Shown here one piece after another: positions 9,517-19,111 of a DNA stretch of 64,000 nt. The stretch covers positions 1,954 through 65,953 of the forward strand of contig CAZLQM010000003.1 in the NCBI GenBank assembly GCA_964561945.1. The letters run 5' to 3'. Numbering within the stretch: position 1 is the stretch's first letter; each line of letters starts with the position of its first letter. The stretch comes from an uncultured Gammaproteobacteria bacterium (GTDB taxonomy: Bacteria; Patescibacteriota; Microgenomatia; CAYXHB01). The notes beneath the pieces are model-generated. The model was not told the DNA's origin. It saw nothing but the letters and a program-made list of their open reading frames with translations, and ran no database searches. The position numbers and the translations under genes were made by a program.

Positions 9517-9723
9517 ATGAGCACGATACCTGAGTTACGTCGAAATCGAGGATATTTACTTAATCCGCTTGAGCATGGGTTTCGGCCTGAGAGGTTGCGG
9601 CAGGAAGCGACTTCTAATAGTAGCCAAAGAATTGATACTCAGATTGCTAAGCAAGATGATGGAGGAATTAGAGCTATTAATTTCCCCATGAGAGTTCCAG
9701 TTGAAATTAGTGCTGATGACTAA
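9517..9723 (+). CDS. Hypothetical protein
   Basis: 68-aa ORF before ybaB. Confidence 0.4.
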   Translation: MSTIPELRRNRGYLLNPLEHGFRPERLRQEATSNSSQRIDTQIAKQDDGGIRAINFPMRVPVEISADD

Positions 9724-9737
9724 TACAATAGGCTAAT

Positions 9738-10022
9738 ATGTTGGATAAATTAAAGCAGGCGGGTCAGATGGCCAAAGCTATGAATGAAGCTCGCAAGTTA
9801 CAAAAAGCCTTGGAAGGAGAAAAGGTTGAGATTGAAGACAATGGAGTTAAGGTCGTGGTTAATGGGGTGCCAAGGATTTTGGATTTTTCGGTGAATGGAG
9901 TTAGTAACAAAGCTGTAATTAATGTATTGAATAAGGCGATAGAGAAGGCTCAGATGGCTTATGCTACGAAAATGCGGGAAATGCCTGGGATTGAAGATAT
10001 GATGAAAAACTTCATGAAGTAA
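9738..10022 (+). CDS. ybaB: YbaB/EbfC family nucleoid-associated protein
   Basis: ARKLQKAL, GVKVVVNG, LNKAIEKAQ; lies between dnaX and recR. Confidence 0.82.
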   Translation: MLDKLKQAGQMAKAMNEARKLQKALEGEKVEIEDNGVKVVVNGVPRILDFSVNGVSNKAVINVLNKAIEKAQMAYATKMREMPGIEDMMKNFMK

Positions 10023-10053
10023 TAAATTTGGTGTTAAGGCATATAATATACCT

Positions 10054-10590
10054 ATGAGCCATGAACCGGATAGTAATTTGGGAGGATTTGTAAAAAATAT
10101 TGCGAAGGATGTAGTGAGTGATTTGGTGTCAATTCCCAAGGAAGCAGCAAGACAAGCTGTGGGTTTGCCAAGTGAGAATTTGGATCACGATAGAGGGATG
10201 GGGAATGGAGATATGGCCCAAGAGAATGAGCGAATTCGTGATGAGTTGGAACAAAAATTAAAATCGTCAGATGAACGGTTGGCCAAATCTCAAGCTGAGT
10301 CAGAAAATTGGGAAAATGAGGCGGTAGAGCGAACGCTTATTTATCAAGACCGTGCAGGTGATAGGGTGGCTAAGGAACAAAGAAATGAGCCTGCGGTTGT
10401 TGGTCCGGCAGTAATTCAGGTACAAGAAAAATTACAACAAACGGCGAATGTGGGAGGTGCAACGCAAGAAAGTCATTTGTTAGCAAAAGAAAATGAAGTG
10501 AAAAAGTCAAATGAAGAGGTGGCACAAGCAGAAAAGGATGAAGTGTATGAATGGTTGTATAAAGCTGTGTGGCAGGGGTATGAAGCTTAA
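10054..10590 (+). CDS. Hypothetical coiled-coil protein
   Basis: 178 aa; TATAAT 6 nt before the ATG; N-terminus resembles that of 12050..12484. Confidence 0.6.
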   Translation: MSHEPDSNLGGFVKNIAKDVVSDLVSIPKEAARQAVGLPSENLDHDRGMGNGDMAQENERIRDELEQKLKSSDERLAKSQAESENWENEAVERTLIYQDRAGDRVAKEQRNEPAVVGPAVIQVQEKLQQTANVGGATQESHLLAKENEVKKSNEEVAQAEKDEVYEWLYKAVWQGYEA

Positions 10591-10632
10591 GTGATTTCCC
10601 TAATTGGGTAAATGGTTTATGATGGTTGAGTT

Positions 10633-11235
10633 ATGAAAACACCAAGAAGTATATTGCGAGTAAGTGAGGCGTTTGAGCGTTTGCCTGGGATTGGATCTAA
10701 GACAGCTTCAAGACTGGCTTATTATCTTTTGCGAGTGCCTCAGACTCAGTTGGATCAGTTTGCAAGTGCAGTGGTTGCGTTAAAAAAAGATACTCATTTG
10801 TGTAATATTTGTATGAACCTGGATGAGAATGATCCTTGTAGTATTTGTGCAAATAAAAATCGAGATGCAAGTGTAATTTGTGTGGTTGAACAGCCCTTGG
10901 ATATTGTGGCGATTGAAACAACGGGAGTTTATAAGGGTCTGTACCATGTGTTGCATGGAGTGGTTGCTCCGCTTGATCACATTGGACCTGATGAAATTTA
11001 TATTAGCCAATTAGTCCAGAGAGTGAAAACTGGAATTGATGAAGTAATACTTGCACTGAATCCAACGATGGAAGGTGAGGCTACGGCTCTGTATATCCGT
11101 CAAGAAATTGAAAAGATTGGTAATGAAGGCTTGGTGATAACGCGGCTGGCGCAAGGGTTGCCACTGGGGGGAGATGTGGAGTATGCGGATAGTATTACAT
11201 TGGGACGAGCGCTTGAGGGGAGAAGAGGTTATTAG
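10633..11235 (+). CDS. recR: Recombination mediator RecR
   Basis: LPGIG.KTA.RLA, C4 zinc finger, YHVLHG, EGEATA, LEGRR. Confidence 0.97.
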   Translation: MKTPRSILRVSEAFERLPGIGSKTASRLAYYLLRVPQTQLDQFASAVVALKKDTHLCNICMNLDENDPCSICANKNRDASVICVVEQPLDIVAIETTGVYKGLYHVLHGVVAPLDHIGPDEIYISQLVQRVKTGIDEVILALNPTMEGEATALYIRQEIEKIGNEGLVITRLAQGLPLGGDVEYADSITLGRALEGRRGY

Positions 11236-11255
11236 TGTGGTATAATGCGTTGATT

Positions 11256-11660
11256 ATGAAGCAAGAAGTGAGAGGTTCAGATGTTCCATATATAAAAAGA
11301 GATCGGGAGTCTGGATTAAATAAAAAAATATATCCTGAAGTCGGGAATCTTCCTGATGCTTGGGCGCGGGCGATAAAGGGATTGGTAGTTGAATTGCCAG
11401 AAACAGAAGAAAGAGAGATTGATGGAGTGGTATATAGGTTTGAAATAAATAAGAATTCTGGAGTTAAACCAGATTATAGTGATGTAAAAACCACTTGGGA
11501 AAGAAAAGGCATAGCACGTCCAAGTCGTGAAGAAATATTTAAGAATACGGTATGCGATCGAGATGGTGGGAGGGTAGCTTTTAATGGTGAGACTTTTAGG
11601 ATAGAGAAAGAAAATCCTGGATTTCATGCACGATGTGCATTGAATGGAAGAGCTAAATAA
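11256..11660 (+). CDS. Hypothetical protein
   Basis: ORF with TATAAT 9 nt before the ATG at 11256. Confidence 0.55.
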   Translation: MKQEVRGSDVPYIKRDRESGLNKKIYPEVGNLPDAWARAIKGLVVELPETEEREIDGVVYRFEINKNSGVKPDYSDVKTTWERKGIARPSREEIFKNTVCDRDGGRVAFNGETFRIEKENPGFHARCALNGRAK

Positions 11661-11736
11661 TAATTCGTATTGGATATAGACATTTGGTAGTTTTTGAGGC
11701 AAAATAAGGGGCAATCATGAAAGGAGGTGATTGTTA

Positions 11737-11973
11737 ATGGCAAATAGAATAAGTAGAGAGGGGATTGGCGGTTTGAGTGCAACAGATGTTCGGGCAAGGC
11801 AAGTAGAAGAAGCTCTTAATGCAGGTATGTATGGTCGAGATATAAAAAACGCGACTGTTGGAGTAGACGGGATAACATTTAGAGGAAAAGGAGGAGAAAG
11901 ATTTGCGACGGTAAGCCCAACAAGTTCAACGGGTGAAGTAATATTTAATTCGGATCCAACAAATAGGAGATAG
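11737..11973 (+). CDS. Hypothetical protein
   Basis: Perfect SD AAGGAGGTGA at 11721-11730, 6 nt before the ATG. Confidence 0.6.
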   Translation: MANRISREGIGGLSATDVRARQVEEALNAGMYGRDIKNATVGVDGITFRGKGGERFATVSPTSSTGEVIFNSDPTNRR

Positions 11974-12049
11974 GGTGCGGGAATTGTTTTTATAAAGGAG
12001 GCTATGCCTCCTTTGCGGTAAAGTTGGTAAAGTATGATAGATTATTAAT

Positions 12050-12484
12050 ATGGGTGATGGAATTAATGGGGTTGGAGATATAGCTAAAGATTTTGTAAAA
12101 CAAATTGGTGATTTGCCTAAGGAAATTGTGGCGGATGTTTCTGATCAGGTGATGGGAACGGATTCTAATCAGAAAGATGTTGAACAGGGACAATCAGATG
12201 GTAATTCGCAAACAGGTGGAACTAAGAGTCAGAATGACTTGGCAACGCAGGCACGGACTGAGGAACTGCGGATGAGATTGAAGTCGATGATTGAAGGGGA
12301 GATTGAGCAACACCATCAGGTAAGGATGGATAATCAAAAACAGCGAGATGAGGATTGGGAAGTGAGGATGGTGCAAGATGAACAAAGAGAACAAGAAGAA
12401 AGAGCAAAAGCTCAGGATCGAGTAGCACAGATGATTTATCAGGAGAGAGCAGGATCCGGAGAAACAGGAAAGAGGAAAGGATAG
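12050..12484 (+). CDS. Hypothetical coiled-coil protein
   Basis: 144 aa, Q/E-rich; N-terminus resembles that of 10054..10590. Confidence 0.6.
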   Translation: MGDGINGVGDIAKDFVKQIGDLPKEIVADVSDQVMGTDSNQKDVEQGQSDGNSQTGGTKSQNDLATQARTEELRMRLKSMIEGEIEQHHQVRMDNQKQRDEDWEVRMVQDEQREQEERAKAQDRVAQMIYQERAGSGETGKRKG

Positions 12485-12565
12485 TCATGTTTGACAAAGA
12501 AGTGAGTATCGCTAACAATAGCGATTAATTAAAGTGAGTTTTTTATGTCACAACAATAAAATAAT

Positions 12566-13309
12566 ATGGAGATTTATGCATTAGATTTGAATAAAATAAA
12601 AGACAAGAAAATAGTTGTATTTGGAGTTCATGGAGATGATTGGTTGGAAATTAGTGGGACGCTTAATCAATTATCGCAAGGAAATGAAGTAATTGGAGTT
12701 GTGAGTAGCGATGGACGAATGGAAGGGCATGAATTTGAGATAAATGGAGATGAATTTGTAACTAAAAAAATAGAAGAGACACGGAAGTACATTGAGAAAC
12801 TGGGAATGAAAAAATGTTTGTTTTGGATGTATCCAGATTGGGATTTGGTAAATCGTAAGAATCATATAACTAAAAAGATTGTTAAATTAATGCTTAAAGA
12901 ACGACCTGACATGGTTATAAATCTCGATCCATGGGGCAAATACGAAGGTTATGAATTGCCTGATGGGCGGGTGTTGGCGTGGTTGGTGATGGAGGGGGTT
13001 AAGTTATCTATGAGTCCTCGATGGGTGCAGTTGCATCGATTGGGGAGGCGAATGTTGCAACCTGAGCCACAGATGTGGTTGATGAATCCTAATCAAGTTA
13101 ACGCGGTAGTCGACGTGAGTGATAAGTGGGACACGTTAAGGGGATTGTTAGAATTATTTGAGTCAAAATTTGATGAGTATGTATCTAAAGATAAATTTCT
13201 CAAAAAATGGGACGAGAAGAGTGAATCGAATGGGAAGTTGATTGATGCATTGAAGGGTGAGGTTTTTCGGATAATGAATTATGAAAATGAATGGAATGAA
13301 GATAAGTAA
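12566..13309 (+). CDS. PIG-L/LmbE family deacetylase-like protein
   Basis: GVHGDD..ISGTL, SDG, ERPDMVI..DPW, VDVSD. Confidence 0.75.
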   Translation: MEIYALDLNKIKDKKIVVFGVHGDDWLEISGTLNQLSQGNEVIGVVSSDGRMEGHEFEINGDEFVTKKIEETRKYIEKLGMKKCLFWMYPDWDLVNRKNHITKKIVKLMLKERPDMVINLDPWGKYEGYELPDGRVLAWLVMEGVKLSMSPRWVQLHRLGRRMLQPEPQMWLMNPNQVNAVVDVSDKWDTLRGLLELFESKFDEYVSKDKFLKKWDEKSESNGKLIDALKGEVFRIMNYENEWNEDK

Positions 13310-13311
13310 AT

Positions 13312-14721
13312 ATGAAGTTATTTAATTCATTGAATCGCCAAGTTGAAGAATTGGAAATGGGTGATGGAGAAATGGGAGTTTATACTTGTGGTCCGACTGT
13401 TTATAGTTATGTGACAATTGGTAATTGGCGGACTTATACGCTTGGGGATTTGGTCGTACGTGTTTTACGAATGAATGGAAAGGAAGTTAATTATGTGATG
13501 AATATTACTGATGTGGGGCATTTGACTGGTGATAATTTGGGTGATGCGAATACGGGTGAGGATCGACTGGAGAAGGCGGCAATTAAGGAAAATAAAACAG
13601 CTTGGGATGTGGCAGCTCATTACACGAATGATTTCCTTTATTGGTATGAGAAGCTTAATTTGAGTAAACCGAGTGTTTTTTGTAAGGCTACGGATTATAT
13701 TGAGGAGCAGATTAATCTAATAAAACAATTGGAGGAGCGAGGATTGACTTATTTAATTGGAGATGGGGTTTATTTCGATGTGCGCAAGTATGAAGAGATG
13801 GGGTTTGAATACGGTAAGTTATCGACATTGGATCAGATTCAGGCTGGAGCTCGAGTTGAGGTTAATCAGGAGAAAAAAGATGCGCGTGATTTTGCGTTAT
13901 GGAAATTTTCGCAAGCTGAAGAAAAGAGACACATGGAATGGGATAGTCCTTGGGGGAAAGGGTTTCCTGGGTGGCATATTGAGTGCAGTGCGATGAGTAT
14001 GAAGTATTTGGGTGAGCAGTTTGAGGTTCATGTGGGTGGTGAGGATTTGCGTAGTACGCATCACCCTAATGAAATTGCTCAGTCGCAGGGTGCGACGGGG
14101 AAAGAACCTTTTGTGAAGTATTGGGTGCATGGAGCTTTTCTTTTAGTTGATGGAGGGCGAATGGGGAAGAGTCTGGGTAATGCTTATAATATGGTTGATG
14201 TGGTGGATCGTGGTTATGATCCGTTGGCTTTGAGATATTTTTATTTTACTGGTCATTACCGTAAGCAATTGAATTTTAGTTGGGATGGGTTATCGGCCTC
14301 TGCGACTACCTTGCGTAGATTAAGAGAAAAAATAGCAGAGTTGCGAAAGGGGAACTTGGAGATGAAAGAAAATTTTAAAGGTCAGTTGGAGGAGTGGAAT
14401 CAAAAATTTATGAGTGCTGTAAACGATGATTTGGATATGCCTAGGGCAATTGCGATTGTATGGGATCTGGTGAGGTCTGATGAGGTGGCGAGTGTTAAAT
14501 ATGAATTGGTGGTTAATAATTGGGATAAAGTATTAGGTTTGGATTTGGACAAGGAAATGGTGATAGAGATTGATAGTGTGGTTGAGGAGTTGGTGAAAAA
14601 ACGTGACGAGGCGCGGGTGAATAAAGATTGGCAAAAGTCTGATGCGATTAGAGATCAATTGATGGAGTTGGGATATGAAGTTGAGGATGGGGCGGAAGGG
14701 ACGAGAGTGGTTAAGAAGTAG
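13312..14721 (+). CDS. cysS: Cysteine--tRNA ligase
   Basis: YTCGPTVY, NITDVGH, DFALWK, GFPGWHIECSAM, MGKSLGN. Confidence 0.98.
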   Translation: MKLFNSLNRQVEELEMGDGEMGVYTCGPTVYSYVTIGNWRTYTLGDLVVRVLRMNGKEVNYVMNITDVGHLTGDNLGDANTGEDRLEKAAIKENKTAWDVAAHYTNDFLYWYEKLNLSKPSVFCKATDYIEEQINLIKQLEERGLTYLIGDGVYFDVRKYEEMGFEYGKLSTLDQIQAGARVEVNQEKKDARDFALWKFSQAEEKRHMEWDSPWGKGFPGWHIECSAMSMKYLGEQFEVHVGGEDLRSTHHPNEIAQSQGATGKEPFVKYWVHGAFLLVDGGRMGKSLGNAYNMVDVVDRGYDPLALRYFYFTGHYRKQLNFSWDGLSASATTLRRLREKIAELRKGNLEMKENFKGQLEEWNQKFMSAVNDDLDMPRAIAIVWDLVRSDEVASVKYELVVNNWDKVLGLDLDKEMVIEIDSVVEELVKKRDEARVNKDWQKSDAIRDQLMELGYEVEDGAEGTRVVKK

Positions 14722-15664
14722 TTTGGGCGGATTGGAGATTGCGGTAGTAGTTGAGGGTGTCAGTTAGTGTTTGAACAAGAGGAATATGGGGTTGCCAGTT
14801 AGTGGCTTGGCGGAATTTGGCGCTGTTACCAATAGCAATGGGAATGTCGATGGGGCGGAGTTTGTTAGGATCTTGATGGATGGAAAGGTCAACGGTTGAG
14901 AGATGGGTAAGTTGGGTGAAGATGTCTTGAATAGCAATGCCGTGGTCGCTTGAGATGTTATAAACTTCTCCTTGGGGCAAATTAGAAGTCAGAGCTAGGT
15001 AGTAAGCACGGACCATGTCACGGACATCTGTATAATCACGAATAGAGGTGAGATTGCCGACTGATATTTGATTGGTCGTAGCAGGAGTTTGTTCGATTGT
15101 GACAATTTGAGAAGCCATGTCAGGGACAAAGAAGCCTGTAGATTGTCCTGGGCCGGCGTGGGGAAAGGGACGAAGAATTGTAACGTTGAGATTATGGCTG
15201 TATGAAAATTGGTAGCTGAGTCGATCGGCAGAGAGTTTGCTAACGGCGTAGGTGTTGATAGGATTGAGGCTTGATGATTCGTCGATACTTGAAGAATTGT
15301 TGGTTTGGCCATAGACCTCAGAGGAGCTAACGTAGATGATTTTGGGTGAATAGGATTTTTGGTTGAGGATTGATTGGTAGATGTTGAGAGTGCCTGTGAG
15401 ATTGGTCTGGAAGAGTTTGGTAACATCGGTATTCCACGATTGAGAAACAGCAGCTAAGTGAATGATAAATTCAGGTTTGTGAGCGGTGATAATTGAATTG
15501 ATTGCTTGGGAATCTGTGATATCACACTCAAGATATGTAATGGGATGAGGTTTGGTTTGGGGAGTTTGGAGAACGAGACCAATTATTTGATATTCGGGAA
15601 TAAGCAAAGGAATTAAGTGATTGGCAACGAAACCGAGTGCGCCTGTGATTAGTACTTTGGGCAT
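14711..15664 (-). CDS. GDP-4-keto-6-deoxymannose reductase (Rmd-like) / NAD-dependent epimerase
   Basis: ITGALGFV, SSSEVYG, YAVSK, RPFPHAGPGQ, GNL..IRDYTDVRD; downstream of gmd. Confidence 0.8.
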   Translation of the reverse strand: MPKVLITGALGFVANHLIPLLIPEYQIIGLVLQTPQTKPHPITYLECDITDSQAINSIITAHKPEFIIHLAAVSQSWNTDVTKLFQTNLTGTLNIYQSILNQKSYSPKIIYVSSSEVYGQTNNSSSIDESSSLNPINTYAVSKLSADRLSYQFSYSHNLNVTILRPFPHAGPGQSTGFFVPDMASQIVTIEQTPATTNQISVGNLTSIRDYTDVRDMVRAYYLALTSNLPQGEVYNISSDHGIAIQDIFTQLTHLSTVDLSIHQDPNKLRPIDIPIAIGNSAKFRQATNWQPHIPLVQTLTDTLNYYRNLQSAQTTS

Positions 15665-15666
15665 GA

Positions 15667-16674
15667 TTAAGTAAATCTTTTGAGATCTTCATCGACCATC
15701 AATTTGATCAAATCCGCAAAAGATGTACGAGGTTCCCAACCAAGTTCTTTCTTGGCTAGTGAATAGTCGCCGGTGAGTTCTTTGATTTCGGTGGGACGTT
15801 TGAGGTCGTTATCGGAGATGACGTAGTCTTGGTAATTGAGCCCTACGTGGTCAAAGGCAATCTGACAAGCATCGCGGACACTGTAGGCGCGTTTGGTGCC
15901 GATAACGTAGTCCTTGGGTTCTTTTTGTTGGAGCATGAGCCACATGGCTTCGACGTATTCTTTGGCGTAACCCCAGTCGCGCATAGCATCAAGGTTGCCA
16001 AGGTGGAGTTTGTAATCGGGAGTAACAAGCAGGTGCCCAAGTTCGTTGATGGGGATGTTTTTGGATTTGTTTCTGATGATGGCAGCCCCTGCTGTGATTT
16101 TGCGGGTGACGAAGTGGAGTCCACGGCGTGGGCTTTCGTGGTTAAACAAAATACCTGCGCAAGCAAACATATTGTATGATTCGCGGTAGCAACGGATCAT
16201 CATATGAGCATAGGCTTTGGCGATGCCGTAGGGATTATTAGCGTCTATAGGTGTAGACTCGTTAGCGAAGGGGGCTTGGATGTTGCCAAAGATTTCGCGA
16301 GTGGAGGCTTGGTAGACACGGGCACGAGGAGCAAGGTGGCGAACTCCTTCGAGGACACGGACAACGCCCAAGGCGGTGACCTCGCCTGTGTAATAAGGAT
16401 GGTTCCAGCTGTCAGCTGGAACTGATTGGGCAGCAAGGTTGTAGATTTCATCAGGTTGGAAAGTGCGTAAGATGTGGTTGATTGTTTCGGAATCAGTGAG
16501 ATCGGCAGCTACGAGGTCAATCTTGCCTAGGAGGTGAGCGATGTTTTCTTTGTAATTGATGCCGGAGCTACGGCGAATAGTGCCTGTGACGTGGTAGTTT
16601 TTTTGAAGTAATAGATCAGCTAAATATGATCCATCTTGAGAAGTTGCACCAATAATGAGAGCTTTTTTTGCCAT
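15667..16674 (-). CDS. gmd: GDP-mannose 4,6-dehydratase
   Basis: QDGSYLA, YNLAAQS, YGIAK, ILFNHESPRRG, RDWGYA. Confidence 0.96.
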   Translation of the reverse strand: MAKKALIIGATSQDGSYLADLLLQKNYHVTGTIRRSSGINYKENIAHLLGKIDLVAADLTDSETINHILRTFQPDEIYNLAAQSVPADSWNHPYYTGEVTALGVVRVLEGVRHLAPRARVYQASTREIFGNIQAPFANESTPIDANNPYGIAKAYAHMMIRCYRESYNMFACAGILFNHESPRRGLHFVTRKITAGAAIIRNKSKNIPINELGHLLVTPDYKLHLGNLDAMRDWGYAKEYVEAMWLMLQQKEPKDYVIGTKRAYSVRDACQIAFDHVGLNYQDYVISDNDLKRPTEIKELTGDYSLAKKELGWEPRTSFADLIKLMVDEDLKRFT

Positions 16675-16736
16675 GAAATTATTGGTTTACCTTAGCATAT
16701 GCAAACTTATATTGGCAAATGAACGATCTAAAGACT

Positions 16737-16826
16737 TTGACTGGTACTTAAATAAGACTTATAATATGCGCAAGGGTTCAACAGCTGTTGAGCTTATCAG
16801 TAAGAACGTTGACAAGGAGAACTGGA
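16737..16826 (+). promoter_or_regulatory. Cassette-type promoter/leader, copy A
   Basis: TTGACT-17-TATAAT; hairpin GGGTTCAACA/TGTTGAGCTT; GAACGTTGACA; AAGGAG. Confidence 0.75.
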
Positions 16827-17069
16827 ATGGCAAAAAAGCTGGATAATGAGCAATGCAGTGCATGGGTAATTATGCATATTGGTGAGGCGGGCGCATTACT
16901 TCCCTGCCGTACTTGGGGGAATGGAAAATGTCTTTTGGAAGCAAGACGTGAAGCAGGCATAGATGCGGATGTTCACCATGGTGAATGTTTGGGCGATACA
17001 GATGACGGTCCGCTTCCGGTGCAGGAGACTCGGAAAGCTTTTGATTGGCCATGGAGACGTAAAAGTTAG
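16827..17069 (+). CDS. Hypothetical Cys/His-containing small protein (cassette gene A)
   Basis: SD-led 80-aa ORF with its own promoter and terminator. Confidence 0.7.
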   Translation: MAKKLDNEQCSAWVIMHIGEAGALLPCRTWGNGKCLLEARREAGIDADVHHGECLGDTDDGPLPVQETRKAFDWPWRRKS

Positions 17070-17087
17070 TTACGGTTTTACTGGTAC

Positions 17088-17121
17088 CCCCCCGTTTCTT
17101 GTGAGACGGGGGGATTTTTTT
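17088..17121 (+). terminator. Intrinsic terminator
   Basis: CCCCCCGTTTC-TTGT-GAGACGGGGGG followed by a T run. Confidence 0.8.
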
Positions 17122-17122
17122 G

Positions 17123-18319
17123 TTAATCTTTTTTGTAATATTTTTTGTTTTTAAGTTGGTCGGGGAGATATGATTTGGCATCATACATTTGGTAGCCTTT
17201 GCCGTAATCAAGATCCTTCATGAGTTTGGTAGGAGCATTACGGAGATGTAATGGAATAGGCAGGTTAGCAAATGTTTGGACGTCGTTGACAGCTTGGGAA
17301 TATGCATTATATGAACTGCGGTCTTTGGGTGATTGACACATATAAACCACAGCATGTGCGAGATTGATGGCACATTCGGGATAGCCAATAATTTCGCAAG
17401 ATCGGAAGACTTGGTTGGCAAGCAGGAGGGCATTTGAATTGGCAATGCCGATATCTTCAGATGCAAAAATAACGATGCGTCGGGCGATAAAAAGTGGATC
17501 TTCGCCTGCTTCGACCATGCGAGCAAGATAATAAAGAGCTGCATCGGTTTGGGAGGCGCGCATGGATTTGATGAAGGCACTGATTGTGTTGTAGTGTTCG
17601 TCGCCTTGGCGATCGTAGTAGAGAGACTCACGTTGAGCAGCTTCTAGGATATCTGATTTGGTTATCTTGTGTTTGTTGTTAGCAAGTTCATGGGCGAGTT
17701 CGAGGATGTTAAGAGCTGTTCGAGCGTCTTGGTTAGCAAGGGAGATGATAAGGTTAGTGTCTTGGGCGGTGAGAGTTTTGGGAGGTAAGCCTAGGCCTTG
17801 GAGTTTGTTGGTAAGTGCAGTTTGGATAAGTTGAGCTAAAGGTTCTTCGGTGAGAGGTTTGAGGGTGAGGACGCGACAACGGGAGAGTAGGGCGTTATTG
17901 ATTTGGAAGCTGGGATTTTCTGTGGTAGCTCCGATGAGGATTAGAGTTCCTGATTCGACGTGTGGTAAGAGATAATCTTGTTGGGATTTGTTGAAGCGGT
18001 GGATTTCGTCGACGAAAAGGATGGTAAGTTGATTAGAGGTTTGGCTACTGGCTACGGCTTGGCGGATGTCTTTGACGCCAGAAGTTACAGCTGAGAGGTG
18101 AATTAGATTGCCGTTGAGACTGCGAGCTAAGATCCAAGCTAGAGTGGTTTTGCCGGTGCCCGGCGGTCCCCAGAAAATGAGGGAAATAGGTTTTGAGCTA
18201 TGGATGATGGAGTGAAGGATTTTGCCTGGGGCGGTGAGATGGTCCTGACCAAGAACTTGGTCAAGAGTTTGGGGGCGCATGCGATCAGCTAGAGGTGTGT
18301 AGGTGTTTGTGGTTTGCAT
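17123..18319 (-). CDS. rarA: Replication-associated recombination protein RarA/MgsA
   Basis: PLADRMRP, GPPGTGKTT, DEIHRFNKSQQD, GATTENPSF, SAFIKSMR, ASEDIG. Confidence 0.96.
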   Translation of the reverse strand: MQTTNTYTPLADRMRPQTLDQVLGQDHLTAPGKILHSIIHSSKPISLIFWGPPGTGKTTLAWILARSLNGNLIHLSAVTSGVKDIRQAVASSQTSNQLTILFVDEIHRFNKSQQDYLLPHVESGTLILIGATTENPSFQINNALLSRCRVLTLKPLTEEPLAQLIQTALTNKLQGLGLPPKTLTAQDTNLIISLANQDARTALNILELAHELANNKHKITKSDILEAAQRESLYYDRQGDEHYNTISAFIKSMRASQTDAALYYLARMVEAGEDPLFIARRIVIFASEDIGIANSNALLLANQVFRSCEIIGYPECAINLAHAVVYMCQSPKDRSSYNAYSQAVNDVQTFANLPIPLHLRNAPTKLMKDLDYGKGYQMYDAKSYLPDQLKNKKYYKKD

Positions 18320-18348
18320 TATTTGATTAAGCTGATTATATTTGAATT

Positions 18349-18744
18349 ATGGCTCATAAGATATTAGTAGTAGAAGATGAGGCTTTATTAGGTCAAAGTG
18401 TACAGGAAGTGTTGGAGGAGAGTGGATTTGACGTATCTTGGGCTAGGGATGGAGTGGAAACTTGGCGTAAATTGAAAGAGATGGATGAAGTTGATTTGAT
18501 TTTACTCGATATTATGCTACCTGGAGATGAGGATGGATATGCAATTTTGCGTAGGCTGAAGATGAATAATAGTGAGTACAAAGATGCACTGGTGGTGATG
18601 ATGACGAACTTGGGTCAGATTGGAGAGATGGATCGTGCTATGGAATTGGGGGCTGATGATTATGTTATTAAGGCAAATGTAGATTTAGATAGACTGGTAG
18701 ATTTGGTTAAAGAAAAATTAGCGATTGTGAAGGCAAAGAGGTAG
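18349..18744 (+). CDS. Single-domain response regulator (CheY-like)
   Basis: ILVVEDE, LLDIMLP, GADDYVIK. Confidence 0.92.
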   Translation: MAHKILVVEDEALLGQSVQEVLEESGFDVSWARDGVETWRKLKEMDEVDLILLDIMLPGDEDGYAILRRLKMNNSEYKDALVVMMTNLGQIGEMDRAMELGADDYVIKANVDLDRLVDLVKEKLAIVKAKR

Positions 18745-18780
18745 ATTGAAGATGGGTTGTGGTTGTGATATATTTTGGGC

Positions 18781-19083
18781 ATGAGTATGCATGACGAAGA
18801 GGATTCAATGTCTAATTTTGTTGGGGGTATTGCGATGGCAATATTAGATGAAAATATAAAAAATGGTGGAACTTTATATATTCCTTCGATGGGGATTAGG
18901 ATAAATAATCAAATGGGTTGGAAAGTAGATGAAGAAGGGAAAATATGGGGGACGAGTGATTCGGTTACTTTTGAAGTTACTGATCGTAATGATTTACGGC
19001 TTAAGGGTGAGGCTACTGATGAAGTGATTGAGTATGAACGGTTGAGAAGTATTGAAAGAAATAGGATAGAAAAGGATAAATAG
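18781..19083 (+). CDS. Hypothetical protein
   Basis: 100-aa ORF with TATATT shortly upstream. Confidence 0.5.
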   Translation: MSMHDEEDSMSNFVGGIAMAILDENIKNGGTLYIPSMGIRINNQMGWKVDEEGKIWGTSDSVTFEVTDRNDLRLKGEATDEVIEYERLRSIERNRIEKDK

Positions 19084-19111
19084 GAGGTGAAGGAATTTTG
19101 GATTTATTTGG

